From: Candidatus Fermentibacterota bacterium
Lineage (GTDB): Bacteria > Fermentibacterota > Fermentibacteria > Fermentibacterales > JCC-6
NCBI GenBank assembly: GCA_030609965.1
Contig: JAUWSQ010000001.1
Coordinates: 37,811-101,810 of the forward strand
Direction: 5' to 3'
DNA: 64,000 bases
Positions 9,067 to 17,432 of the stretch are shown here, piece after piece. Positions within the stretch are counted from its first letter, which is position 1, and the number at the start of each line of letters is the position of its first letter. Under the pieces are notes generated by a model. The model ran no database searches, was not told the DNA's origin, and saw nothing but the letters and a program-made list of their open reading frames with translations. The translations under genes were made by a program, and so were the position numbers.

Positions 9067-10619
9067 CTTATACTCTTGGGTTTAAGGATTATACTGGGAA
9101 CTATCATCTCCTCAAGCGAGACCCCGCCATGCTGGAAAGTATTTCTGAATTTGTGCATCTCGTCCCTGGGCACGTTCGGGAACATCATGAAATAATCCGC
9201 TCTCGCAAAGAGATAGCTCTTAGAAGGTCTTTCGTCTGGCAAACCCCAGTCAGCCGGACTCCTTGCGGTAATAACTGCTTTTGGATCAGCTGACATTGAG
9301 TCTCCAAAACGGAATCTTATACTGCCAGAAACTCCTCTTCCCTTAATCCTCGTCTCCCGGGATGAAAACACAGAGCCGTGATCACTGGTAATCACAACTG
9401 TAGCTCCCCTTGCTGCAAGGGTATGGAATAAATCCTTCAGAAATGAAGATCTGAACCATGTCTCAGCCAGTTTTCTGAAGCTTGGTACATCGGGAGCAAG
9501 GTCCCTGATAAGATCAAGTTCAGACCTGCCGTGGGTAAGATGGTCTATGTAATTGATTATTACCGCGAGAAAGCCATCCTTGAGAGATTTTGAGAGGGAA
9601 TGTATCAGTGTCTCTCCCTCTCTTCGGGTGCTTATCTTTGCGTACTCCGGCTGGATACTCCTGCTGCAGCCCAATCTTCTGAGTGCTTCTGTCAGGAAAT
9701 AATGCTCATGCCTGTTTAATCCGGATTCTCCGTAATTCTCATCCCATTTATGACGGTAGAATCTCCAGATATCTCTTGGAAGAAGGCCTGCGAAGATGGA
9801 GTTTCTGCTGTAGGGTGTCGCGGATGGAAGCACTGTAAGCATGAAATCTGTTTCAATATGAAACCACTTTTCCAGTATGGGTGCCATAGTAAGCCACTGA
9901 TCGTACCTCATGCAGTCAATTACCATCATAACAAGCTCAGCTGAAGATTCCATCTGAGGGACCACTACCCGTTCAAGATATTTATGAGACATGAGAGGAG
10001 AATCCGGGCCTGTATCGGATATCCAGTCTTGATATTTGAGTTCAACATGCTTTGAGAAATTCAGCTCCAGATCACTGAACCTGTTCCTGTCAACACTCCT
10101 CATTTCGTCTGTGAGAGAACCTTCCGAAGCAACATCCTTCTCAACCCATGAACGGTAGATATTCACCCATTTTCTCCAGTCCATCTCATGGTTGAGCATA
10201 TCCATGACCCTTGTTGTCTGATCGGCTATCTCTCTGGCTGCTCTCTGGGTTCTAAGGCGATTGCCCATCAGCAACCTTTTTATTACAAGAAGAATCTGGC
10301 TGGGGTTCACAGGTTTTGTCAGATAATCATCAACCTCACCACCTATGGCGAGATCCATGAGTTCCTCTTCCTCACTCTGGGTTACCATGACGATAGGTAG
10401 TACATGATAGTTTTTCCGGATTCGGGTTACGGTTTCCATTCCATCCATACCCACCATCATCTGATCCATAAGAACTATGTCCACCTGGTTTTTCCGCAGT
10501 ACATCAAGCGCCTGCTGTCCGCTGGGTGCGGTAAGCACCTTGTAATCGTGCTTTTCAAGGAATCTTATATGACTTCTGAGATGCTGTATCTCGTCGTCAA
10601 CCCAAAGTACGGTGATCAT
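9063..10619 (-). CDS. porX: Response regulator with an N-terminal receiver domain and a C-terminal PglZ (alkaline-phosphatase superfamily) domain; PorX-like
   Basis: REC motifs are present (VLWVDDE, IVLMDQMMVGMDG, LTKP). The C-terminal domain has the PglZ-type ITSDHGS motif. The 518-aa REC-PglZ architecture equals that of the T9SS regulator PorX. The symbol is given by architecture only. Confidence 0.7.
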   Translation of the reverse strand: MITVLWVDDEIQHLRSHIRFLEKHDYKVLTAPSGQQALDVLRKNQVDIVLMDQMMVGMDGMETVTRIRKNYHVLPIVMVTQSEEEELMDLAIGGEVDDYLTKPVNPSQILLVIKRLLMGNRLRTQRAAREIADQTTRVMDMLNHEMDWRKWVNIYRSWVEKDVASEGSLTDEMRSVDRNRFSDLELNFSKHVELKYQDWISDTGPDSPLMSHKYLERVVVPQMESSAELVMMVIDCMRYDQWLTMAPILEKWFHIETDFMLTVLPSATPYSRNSIFAGLLPRDIWRFYRHKWDENYGESGLNRHEHYFLTEALRRLGCSRSIQPEYAKISTRREGETLIHSLSKSLKDGFLAVIINYIDHLTHGRSELDLIRDLAPDVPSFRKLAETWFRSSFLKDLFHTLAARGATVVITSDHGSVFSSRETRIKGRGVSGSIRFRFGDSMSADPKAVITARSPADWGLPDERPSKSYLFARADYFMMFPNVPRDEMHKFRNTFQHGGVSLEEMIVPSIILKPKSIR

Positions 10620-12004
10620 CAGGCATCCTCCGATATCGCGGGCAGCATGATTACGAAAGTAGTTCCTTTTCCAGGTGAGCTGGCTTTCAGACGCAGGCTT
10701 CCATTATGGTACTGTTCTATAATACGCCTGCTCAGTGTAAGTCCCAGCCCCCAGCCCCCCCGTCTTGTGCTGAAACCAGTCGTGAAAATCCTTTTCTGAT
10801 CGGCAAATGGGATTCCCTTTCCATTGTCGGCTATTTCCACTTCAACCAGGCCCGACCCTTCCTGAATATCCCTTGTGCTTATCCTGATTATTCCGCCTCT
10901 TATTTCCTTAAGAGAAGCTATTGAATTTTTCAGAAGGTTCTCGATGACCCAGCTGAATAGTACGCTGTTAAGATCGATCAGATATTCCGATTTCAGGTCA
11001 GTTTCCAGATTCATATTATCAGCCAGGAAGCCTGGACGTCCACAGAAATAGTGTACGGAATCGAGAATAACGGAATTGATCATACACTTCTCAAGCTTCG
11101 GCTTCTTGCCCATCTGACCGTATCTGCTGGCTATCTGTTTTAATCTGTCGATATCGTTCTCTATGAACTCCAGGGCTTCGGCTAACTCTTTATCCGTCTC
11201 AGCCTCAGGCTTCTCCCTTAACAGTTCTATCCATCCCATAAGGGACGAAAGGGGGGTACTGATCTGATGTGCTGTTTCCCTCGCAAAACCTACCCATGAA
11301 AGTTCCTTTTCCTTCTTAATTTCCATCCTGATAACGAAGAGAAAAAGGAAAATAAGTATGAGGAGAACGCCGAGTTCAATATACGGCACGAGCAGGAGTT
11401 CCTTCGCCAGCTCATCAGAACCGTAATGAAGATATCCAATGGTTTCGCCATAAGAATCCGTTATGGGAACCGGTATGTTTTCCGTGTCAAGTTCCTCGGC
11501 CAGCAGCATCAGTAATTTAAGATTCTCCGGGCTCATCGTGTCTGCAACCGCAATACCGTTCACAACCTGCGGAACCATATCCGTATCGGAAAGAATAGTT
11601 GTATAATCAAGTCTTTCAACCAGATCTTTGAAAAGCCTCCTGGTTCTATGAAAAAGTCTCTGTCGTTCCTCGATGCCTTCAATCGTAACGAAATACCATT
11701 CAGTTACTTGAGCGCAATCCTGACAAAACCTCGTTTGGCTGGAATCCGATTCAAATCCGTATGTAGGGGTTGTTGCACCGCATCCCGAGCAGACGTACAT
11801 CATACCGAGCTCCGCCAGCCTGCTCATGGGAACCTGTGCCCCTGCCCAGAACCAGGCTATGGTTTCGTTTGCATTTGCCCTGGTCTCCCTGAGGCGGGAC
11901 ACCAGGCTGTAACTGTAGTAGAAAAATACCCAGACAAGACCGATCACAACAAACAGCGGCAATAAACGGGTTCTTATACTCCACATTTTAGTTTTCTTCC
12001 ACAA
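10619..12004 (-). CDS. Sensor histidine kinase (HisKA plus HATPase_c) with a Cys-rich sensor segment
   Basis: Two TM segments. The region between them contains CSGC...CQDC, which looks like a zinc ribbon. H-box ETAHQISTPLSSLMGW. G-boxes DNGKGIP and GGWGLGL. Alternative start at ATG 11986, 1 nt after the upstream stop. Confidence 0.8.
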   Translation of the reverse strand: MWKKTKMWSIRTRLLPLFVVIGLVWVFFYYSYSLVSRLRETRANANETIAWFWAGAQVPMSRLAELGMMYVCSGCGATTPTYGFESDSSQTRFCQDCAQVTEWYFVTIEGIEERQRLFHRTRRLFKDLVERLDYTTILSDTDMVPQVVNGIAVADTMSPENLKLLMLLAEELDTENIPVPITDSYGETIGYLHYGSDELAKELLLVPYIELGVLLILIFLFLFVIRMEIKKEKELSWVGFARETAHQISTPLSSLMGWIELLREKPEAETDKELAEALEFIENDIDRLKQIASRYGQMGKKPKLEKCMINSVILDSVHYFCGRPGFLADNMNLETDLKSEYLIDLNSVLFSWVIENLLKNSIASLKEIRGGIIRISTRDIQEGSGLVEVEIADNGKGIPFADQKRIFTTGFSTRRGGWGLGLTLSRRIIEQYHNGSLRLKASSPGKGTTFVIMLPAISEDA

Positions 12005-13169
12005 CAGGTACTACGAAACCTGCTCCAGATATGAAAATGGGCCGGTCGCATTCCTTCTGTGCAATCCACGATTCGATATCATGAACCGGTTCAATACCCA
12101 TTCCTTCCACAACACTGTCAGGCAGACTGCTCGAAAGTGCCAGATTTATCCTTTTCCTCATACTCTTGAGCCGGACAATAGTATGATCTCCCAGATTGTA
12201 CTGATATCTCTCGGGAGTGTTCCAGGCTTCGTTCATGGATGTTATAAAGGCTTTTTCAAGATGATCCGCCCCGAGACCTTCACCGCATGAACTGATAAGA
12301 AGAAGAGAACCGCCGTCCTCAACAATCGAATTACAGTTGTAAATGGCCTTTTCCGACTGGTAGAGATTTATGTCCAGTGGTTCTCCTGGATGAAGGATAA
12401 CCACCTGGGATCTGTATGGGACTGAAACCGTGGAAAGCACAGCTGAAGCCTCAGACGCTTTCTGGAAAGAATCCCTGCACGTACCACAGTAGAAATGCAC
12501 AAGCTTACCGCGGTGAATAACGCCGTTCCCCTGCAGAATCTCCACTCTATCCTCCAGCATGGAAAGAGCATCCATCATGTCTTCGTGTACAGGATTACCG
12601 TCAAGTCTTCCTGGCAATGCTCCCTCCAGACAGGCAAGGAAATGGTTCGTTACAATGGATTCCCTGGACGAAACACCTGGAAGAAAGGATTTCCTTCCTC
12701 CTGTATACCCGGCAAAATAGTGAGGTTCGACGGAATTGACGGCTATTACCGGGTTCCCATCGAAAAGCCATGGATCCATACTTACAGGTGTACCCGTTTG
12801 AGTTCTGCCGATGTAAACCATATCCCCCGAATCGCAGTCATTGTTCTTCCATTGAGCATCTGAGAAGCAGCCACCAAGAAGAATTGATTTCTCCTCCTTA
12901 GTAACTGGTCTGTGGGTTCCGGTGGCGAATAGTATTCTTACTTTATCACTGAGAATTTCTTCAAGGGGAGCGATCATAGGAAAGGAAGCCGGTCTTGTAG
13001 CATCGTTAACAACAAGTGTTACAGCTTCGCTGTTCCCGAACCTTATCAGGTCAGGCAAGACATCAGACCATGCAGCCAAAACCTGCTGTTCGGTAAGGAG
13101 CTGCGGGGCTGCGGGACCGGAAATCTCTAGTTCCTTCAATACTCCCGGCACATTGATCTTCCCTTTCAT
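11988..13169 (-). CDS. LarA-family (nickel-pincer dependent lactate racemase-like, DUF2088) protein
   Basis: The motifs VVNDATRP and EPHYFAGYTGGRKSFLPGV match the LarA N-terminal domain signature, including the GG-x-K lysine. Confidence 0.7.
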   Translation of the reverse strand: MKGKINVPGVLKELEISGPAAPQLLTEQQVLAAWSDVLPDLIRFGNSEAVTLVVNDATRPASFPMIAPLEEILSDKVRILFATGTHRPVTKEEKSILLGGCFSDAQWKNNDCDSGDMVYIGRTQTGTPVSMDPWLFDGNPVIAVNSVEPHYFAGYTGGRKSFLPGVSSRESIVTNHFLACLEGALPGRLDGNPVHEDMMDALSMLEDRVEILQGNGVIHRGKLVHFYCGTCRDSFQKASEASAVLSTVSVPYRSQVVILHPGEPLDINLYQSEKAIYNCNSIVEDGGSLLLISSCGEGLGADHLEKAFITSMNEAWNTPERYQYNLGDHTIVRLKSMRKRINLALSSSLPDSVVEGMGIEPVHDIESWIAQKECDRPIFISGAGFVVPVVEEN

Positions 13170-13624
13170 TGTTCTTGCATTCTCCTGCCATCCCAGACAA
13201 ACTCAGTTCCGGATATGTCCTGTACTCCTGTAAAGGAATTGAAATCATCCTCGTACGTGAATGTTCCCTCTCCCAGGAGTGAGCCCTCAGAATACGTAAA
13301 CACAAGAATATTACCCGTCAGAGTTCCTTCAATGGTTCCCAGTGGATACTCGCCTGCAACATTACCTGAATCATCCACTATCAGTTCCAGCTGGCCCATG
13401 GTCGTATCCCACAATCCCTCTGGATCTGCTGTTACAGGAATAGTTTCTACAGTCTCCTCCAATTGTTCTGACACTTCTGAAATCACTGGTTCTTCGGTAA
13501 TGGCTGTATCGGCTGTTACCTCAGTTGAGGGGGAATCCACCGTTTCCGGCTCAGAATCACCACCGCAGGATGCAATGGTAGCGAGCAGAACGATATAGAT
13601 CACCGCTGTTGCTGAAATGCGCAT
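13166..13624 (-). CDS. Lipoprotein of unknown function
   Basis: Likely start ATG 13624, giving MRISATAVIYIVLLATIASCGG (lipobox). An acidic Thr/Glu-rich linker follows, then a small beta-rich domain. It overlaps the next gene by 4 nt. Confidence 0.5.
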   Translation of the reverse strand: MRISATAVIYIVLLATIASCGGDSEPETVDSPSTEVTADTAITEEPVISEVSEQLEETVETIPVTADPEGLWDTTMGQLELIVDDSGNVAGEYPLGTIEGTLTGNILVFTYSEGSLLGEGTFTYEDDFNSFTGVQDISGTEFVWDGRRMQEQ

Positions 13625-13778
13625 ATAGAGACGTCCTTTCAATAATTTATCAATCCGTAAGGAAATAGATGACAAGTTCCTGTTACGTGTAAATGATTAT
13701 AACCGCAGATACAGCTATGGACACATGGAACATAAAAATATACACTATGCTTATCCAGCTATCACAAGGAGGGTATTT

Positions 13779-15683
13779 GTGTTCAGATCCAACGGGAATA
13801 ACAGAGGCGTTTATTTTCTCATATTGATCGGTATTCTGCTAGTTCTCGCATCCACTGCTTTTGCACGAGCTGGGGGAGGCGGAAGCTACGGCGGCTCAGG
13901 TGGAGGAGGAGGCGGAGGAGGAGGCGGAGCGGGATACATATTTTACCTTCTTATCAGGCTTGCCATCCACAAACCGCTCATAGGTGTACCTCTTCTGATA
14001 GTTGTGATAATCCTTATGATAAAATTCGGAAGAAAGGCTAAGGGCGGATACGAAACACACACCATCACAAAGGCCGGGAAGCTCAGAAGAGAACAGGAGC
14101 ATCAGGAAATGCAGAATGCTCTGGATGCTTTGAAACAGAGAGATCCCGGGTTCTCGAAGGAGAGTTTTCTTCAAAAGGTGAACAGGGCTTTCATAGCCGT
14201 CCAGGAGGCCTGGTCGGATCAGGATCTTTCATCTGTAAATCAGTTCATCTCCGACGGGATAGATGAGCGGTTCAGCCTTCAGGTTGAAATGCAGAAGGCT
14301 GAAGGATACAGAAACAGGATGGAGAACATAACGGTTCAGAGTTCCAGAATTGTTGGTGTTTTCAGTGATTCTCACTTTGACACGATTCACGTTGAAATCA
14401 CCGCCAGGGCTGACGATACTGATGTTGACGTTATGACCGGTAAGCGGGTCCGGAAAAACACCTCCGCGCCGTTTACCGAATACTGGAGTTTCCTCCGGAA
14501 ACCGGGCGTACAGACCCTTGAGGGGAAAGGCCTTGTAGACGGAGTCTGCCCGAACTGTGGAGCACCTATCGAACTCAGTGATACGGGTAAATGTGAAAAC
14601 TGTGATTCTGTTCTTACCAGCGGCGAATATGACTGGGTGCTCGCTGAAATAACCCAGTCGATGGAATGGAATGTGGTATCCGACAAGTCACTTATTCCTG
14701 GGTTTGAGAACATGGAAGCCATCGACCCGGGCTTCAATCTGCAGCATATAGAAGACAGGACTTCCGTGATCTTCTGGCGGCTGATCAAGACTTGGTTCAC
14801 CAACGATGTTTCTGATGCAAGGAAGGTTACTCTTCCATCATTTCTTGAAGGATTCGAAAAACAGCTGTCCAGCACCAGAAGTGATAGCGACTGGCTCTTT
14901 TTCAAGGACGCAGCAGTAGGCACCGTAGAAGTTCAGAGCATCATTCCCGGTACGAAAAACCGAATGGACAGGATCGAGGTTCTTGTAAAATGGTCGGGTA
15001 TAAATGCCAGGAGAAACGATGATAACAAGGTGCGGGTAACCGGACGGAAGATCATAAGACCCCAGATATATACGTTGGTGCGTAAACACGGTATAAGAAC
15101 CGATGTTCATCAGAGCTTCAGATCATCTCACTGCCCAGGCTGTGGAGCTCCTTACGAAGGCGGCAGTACAGGTGAATGCGAATACTGCGGCAGACCTCTG
15201 AATGATGGAAGCCAGGACTGGGTGCTTGAATCAGTGCAGCGTTTCTCCGCATCCAGAATAACCGCAAAGGCTATCGACGGGATAGAAAGAGCAGCCCTGG
15301 TACCACCGGAACTTCTTCTCGCAGCGATGATCAAAGCCATGTACGCAGATGGTGAAGTAGATGAAAAAGAGATGAAAATCCTCACATCCTTCGCCAATAA
15401 ACGAAACATGACAAAAGAACAAATTACCGAAATATTCGACACTGTGAAATCAGGGCAGGATACTCTGCCGACTCCGAGCAGTCAGCGTGAGGCCAGGGAA
15501 ATACTGGCAGCAATGTCACGGATGGTGCTCGCGGACGGAAGATTAACAGCCAGCGAAAAGAACCTTCTACAGACCTTTGGAGAATCCCAGGGGCTGGTAT
15601 GGGCAGACGTGAAACTCATCATATCCCAGCAGAAGGCCAAGCTCTATACTGAAGCAAAGAGGGTTATTAAGGAGACCAGATAA
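13779..15683 (+). CDS. Membrane protein with a Gly-rich segment, two Tim44-like domains each followed by a zinc ribbon, and a C-terminal TerB-like domain
   Basis: GTG 13779 is preceded by AGGAGG 5 nt upstream and gives a signal/TM sequence FRSNGNNRGVYFLILIGILLVLASTAFA. The track start is ATG 13725. There is a run of about 20 Gly. Zinc ribbons are CPNCGAP...CENCDS and CPGCGAP...CEYCGRP. The C-terminus (AMYADGEVDEKEMKIL...MVLADGRLTASEKNLL) is TerB/DjlA-N-like. Confidence 0.7.
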   Translation: MFRSNGNNRGVYFLILIGILLVLASTAFARAGGGGSYGGSGGGGGGGGGGAGYIFYLLIRLAIHKPLIGVPLLIVVIILMIKFGRKAKGGYETHTITKAGKLRREQEHQEMQNALDALKQRDPGFSKESFLQKVNRAFIAVQEAWSDQDLSSVNQFISDGIDERFSLQVEMQKAEGYRNRMENITVQSSRIVGVFSDSHFDTIHVEITARADDTDVDVMTGKRVRKNTSAPFTEYWSFLRKPGVQTLEGKGLVDGVCPNCGAPIELSDTGKCENCDSVLTSGEYDWVLAEITQSMEWNVVSDKSLIPGFENMEAIDPGFNLQHIEDRTSVIFWRLIKTWFTNDVSDARKVTLPSFLEGFEKQLSSTRSDSDWLFFKDAAVGTVEVQSIIPGTKNRMDRIEVLVKWSGINARRNDDNKVRVTGRKIIRPQIYTLVRKHGIRTDVHQSFRSSHCPGCGAPYEGGSTGECEYCGRPLNDGSQDWVLESVQRFSASRITAKAIDGIERAALVPPELLLAAMIKAMYADGEVDEKEMKILTSFANKRNMTKEQITEIFDTVKSGQDTLPTPSSQREAREILAAMSRMVLADGRLTASEKNLLQTFGESQGLVWADVKLIISQQKAKLYTEAKRVIKETR

Positions 15684-15812
15684 ACCAAGAACGGTGGTGC
15701 TCCGATCAGCAGTAGTATCAAGACTCTTCGGAGGAAACTTGCTGATATTCGCAGTTCCGATGATCGGCCGTCTGAAGAGGAGATAGCAGTTCTTCTTGAT
15801 CTAGCTGACATT

Positions 15813-17432
15813 GTGAAAACACACAATCCTGCTGAAGCATGTGGTATGGTTGAACAGGCTCTCTCGATAGCTCAGGAACATGAAGTTGAGATCAATAAAG
15901 CAAGATGCTATAACATTCAATGTAGTGCGTATCTGAACAGCAGCGAATATGAGAAAGCGCTTGATTACAGCCTTAAAGCTCTCGCACTTCATGAAGTCAG
16001 CAACGATAAAGCCGGCCTTTCCAGCACGCTGAATGCTATTGGTGTAATTTACGGAAAGCGAAAAGATCATGTTAATGCACTCAGTTATTACTTCAAAGCC
16101 CTTGCCATCAGAGAGGCTGATGATGATAAAAGAGGTATAGCGATTACCACGAATAATATCGGTAATATCTATCAGGACCAGAATCTTTATGATAAAGCGC
16201 TTGAATTCAATGAAAGGTCTCTGCATTCCTTCACTGAACTTAAGGATGATCTCGGTATCGCCACTTCGTGCAATAATATTGGTTTAATCCTGAAATACCG
16301 GGGTGACTTCGCTGCCGCGAAGAAACATTTCAAGAAAGCTTACACATTATTCGACCGTATTGAATATACAACCGGGTTAGCGGCATCATGTAACAATTTA
16401 GGCGAATTACTCACGATTCAGGGTCAATTTAAGAAGGCAAGACTCTACATTGACCAGGCTCTCAAAATCGCTCAGGAAACCAGCTCTAGTTATCGAGAGA
16501 TACAGGTGTACGAGAATCTCTCAAACCTGTGCGAAGAAACTGGAGATTTCAGAGGAGCGCTGGAGTATTTCCGTAAATTCACTGATCTATCGCGGAAGGT
16601 TTTCAGCGAGGAAAGCACAAGAAACATGATCCAGCTTCAGGTGAAATTTGAAACGGAAAAGAAAAATAAAGAAACTGAAATATACAAGTTCAGGAACATC
16701 AAATTACAGAGCGAAATATCCGAGCGCATACAAATCGAGAAGGAACTCAGGAAGCATCAGGATCAGCTGGAGGAACTGATCAATGAGCGAACAATCGAGC
16801 TCAAAAGCAGTTACAATAAACTTGAACGAGGTTTTCAGGGTACCGTCGAGCTTATATCGAAAATCACGGAGCTGAGGGATCCCTACACTTCCGGCCACCA
16901 GATCAGGGTCGCGAAACTGGCCAGCGCTATAGCTCGGGAGATGGGACTGCCGGAGAATAGAATTGAAGCGGCACATATCGCTTCTCTTGTTCATGATATC
17001 GGAAAGATCAATGTACCCCAGGAGATACTGAGTAAGCCCGGAACCCTGAGCGATCTGGAAATGAGAATCATCCAGATACACCCTCAAGCCGGGTACAGTA
17101 TTCTTAATGAAATAGATTTTCCATGGCCGATTGCAGAAATAGTCAGGGAACATCATGAGCATGTTGATGGATCGGGCTACCCACAGGGTCTGAAGGCGGA
17201 TGAGATATTAATGGAAGCACGTATCATCTGTGTCGCCGATGTTATTGAAGCAATGTCATCTCATCGCCCTTACAGAGCTGTTCTGGGCTTGAAGGAAGCG
17301 GTAAGGGAAATAACTGAAAATGAAGGAATTCTATATGATGAAGATGTTGTCCGCGCCTGCAAAAAAGTGATATATGAGAAAGGATTCGACTTCAATAAGA
17401 TACAATCAATTGAAAGTGAGCCTGACGCTTGA
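15813..17432 (+). CDS. TPR-repeat protein with a C-terminal HD-GYP domain (putative c-di-GMP phosphodiesterase), paralog 1
   Basis: Multiple 40-aa TPR units (NNIGxIYxxxxxYDKALEF type), then a coiled coil. HD-GYP motifs are HDIGKINVP and HHEHVDGSGYPQGL. The first canonical start is GTG 15813, but homology to the paralog continues upstream to about 15705 (see findings). Confidence 0.8.
   Translation: MKTHNPAEACGMVEQALSIAQEHEVEINKARCYNIQCSAYLNSSEYEKALDYSLKALALHEVSNDKAGLSSTLNAIGVIYGKRKDHVNALSYYFKALAIREADDDKRGIAITTNNIGNIYQDQNLYDKALEFNERSLHSFTELKDDLGIATSCNNIGLILKYRGDFAAAKKHFKKAYTLFDRIEYTTGLAASCNNLGELLTIQGQFKKARLYIDQALKIAQETSSSYREIQVYENLSNLCEETGDFRGALEYFRKFTDLSRKVFSEESTRNMIQLQVKFETEKKNKETEIYKFRNIKLQSEISERIQIEKELRKHQDQLEELINERTIELKSSYNKLERGFQGTVELISKITELRDPYTSGHQIRVAKLASAIAREMGLPENRIEAAHIASLVHDIGKINVPQEILSKPGTLSDLEMRIIQIHPQAGYSILNEIDFPWPIAEIVREHHEHVDGSGYPQGLKADEILMEARIICVADVIEAMSSHRPYRAVLGLKEAVREITENEGILYDEDVVRACKKVIYEKGFDFNKIQSIESEPDA

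Noticed and set aside
9063-10619. PglZ domain as part of a BREX/Pgl phage-defence system
   Set aside because: No pglX, brxC, brxL or other BREX genes are adjacent. The PglZ domain is fused to a receiver and sits in a two-component/housekeeping operon, which fits PorX-type regulators.
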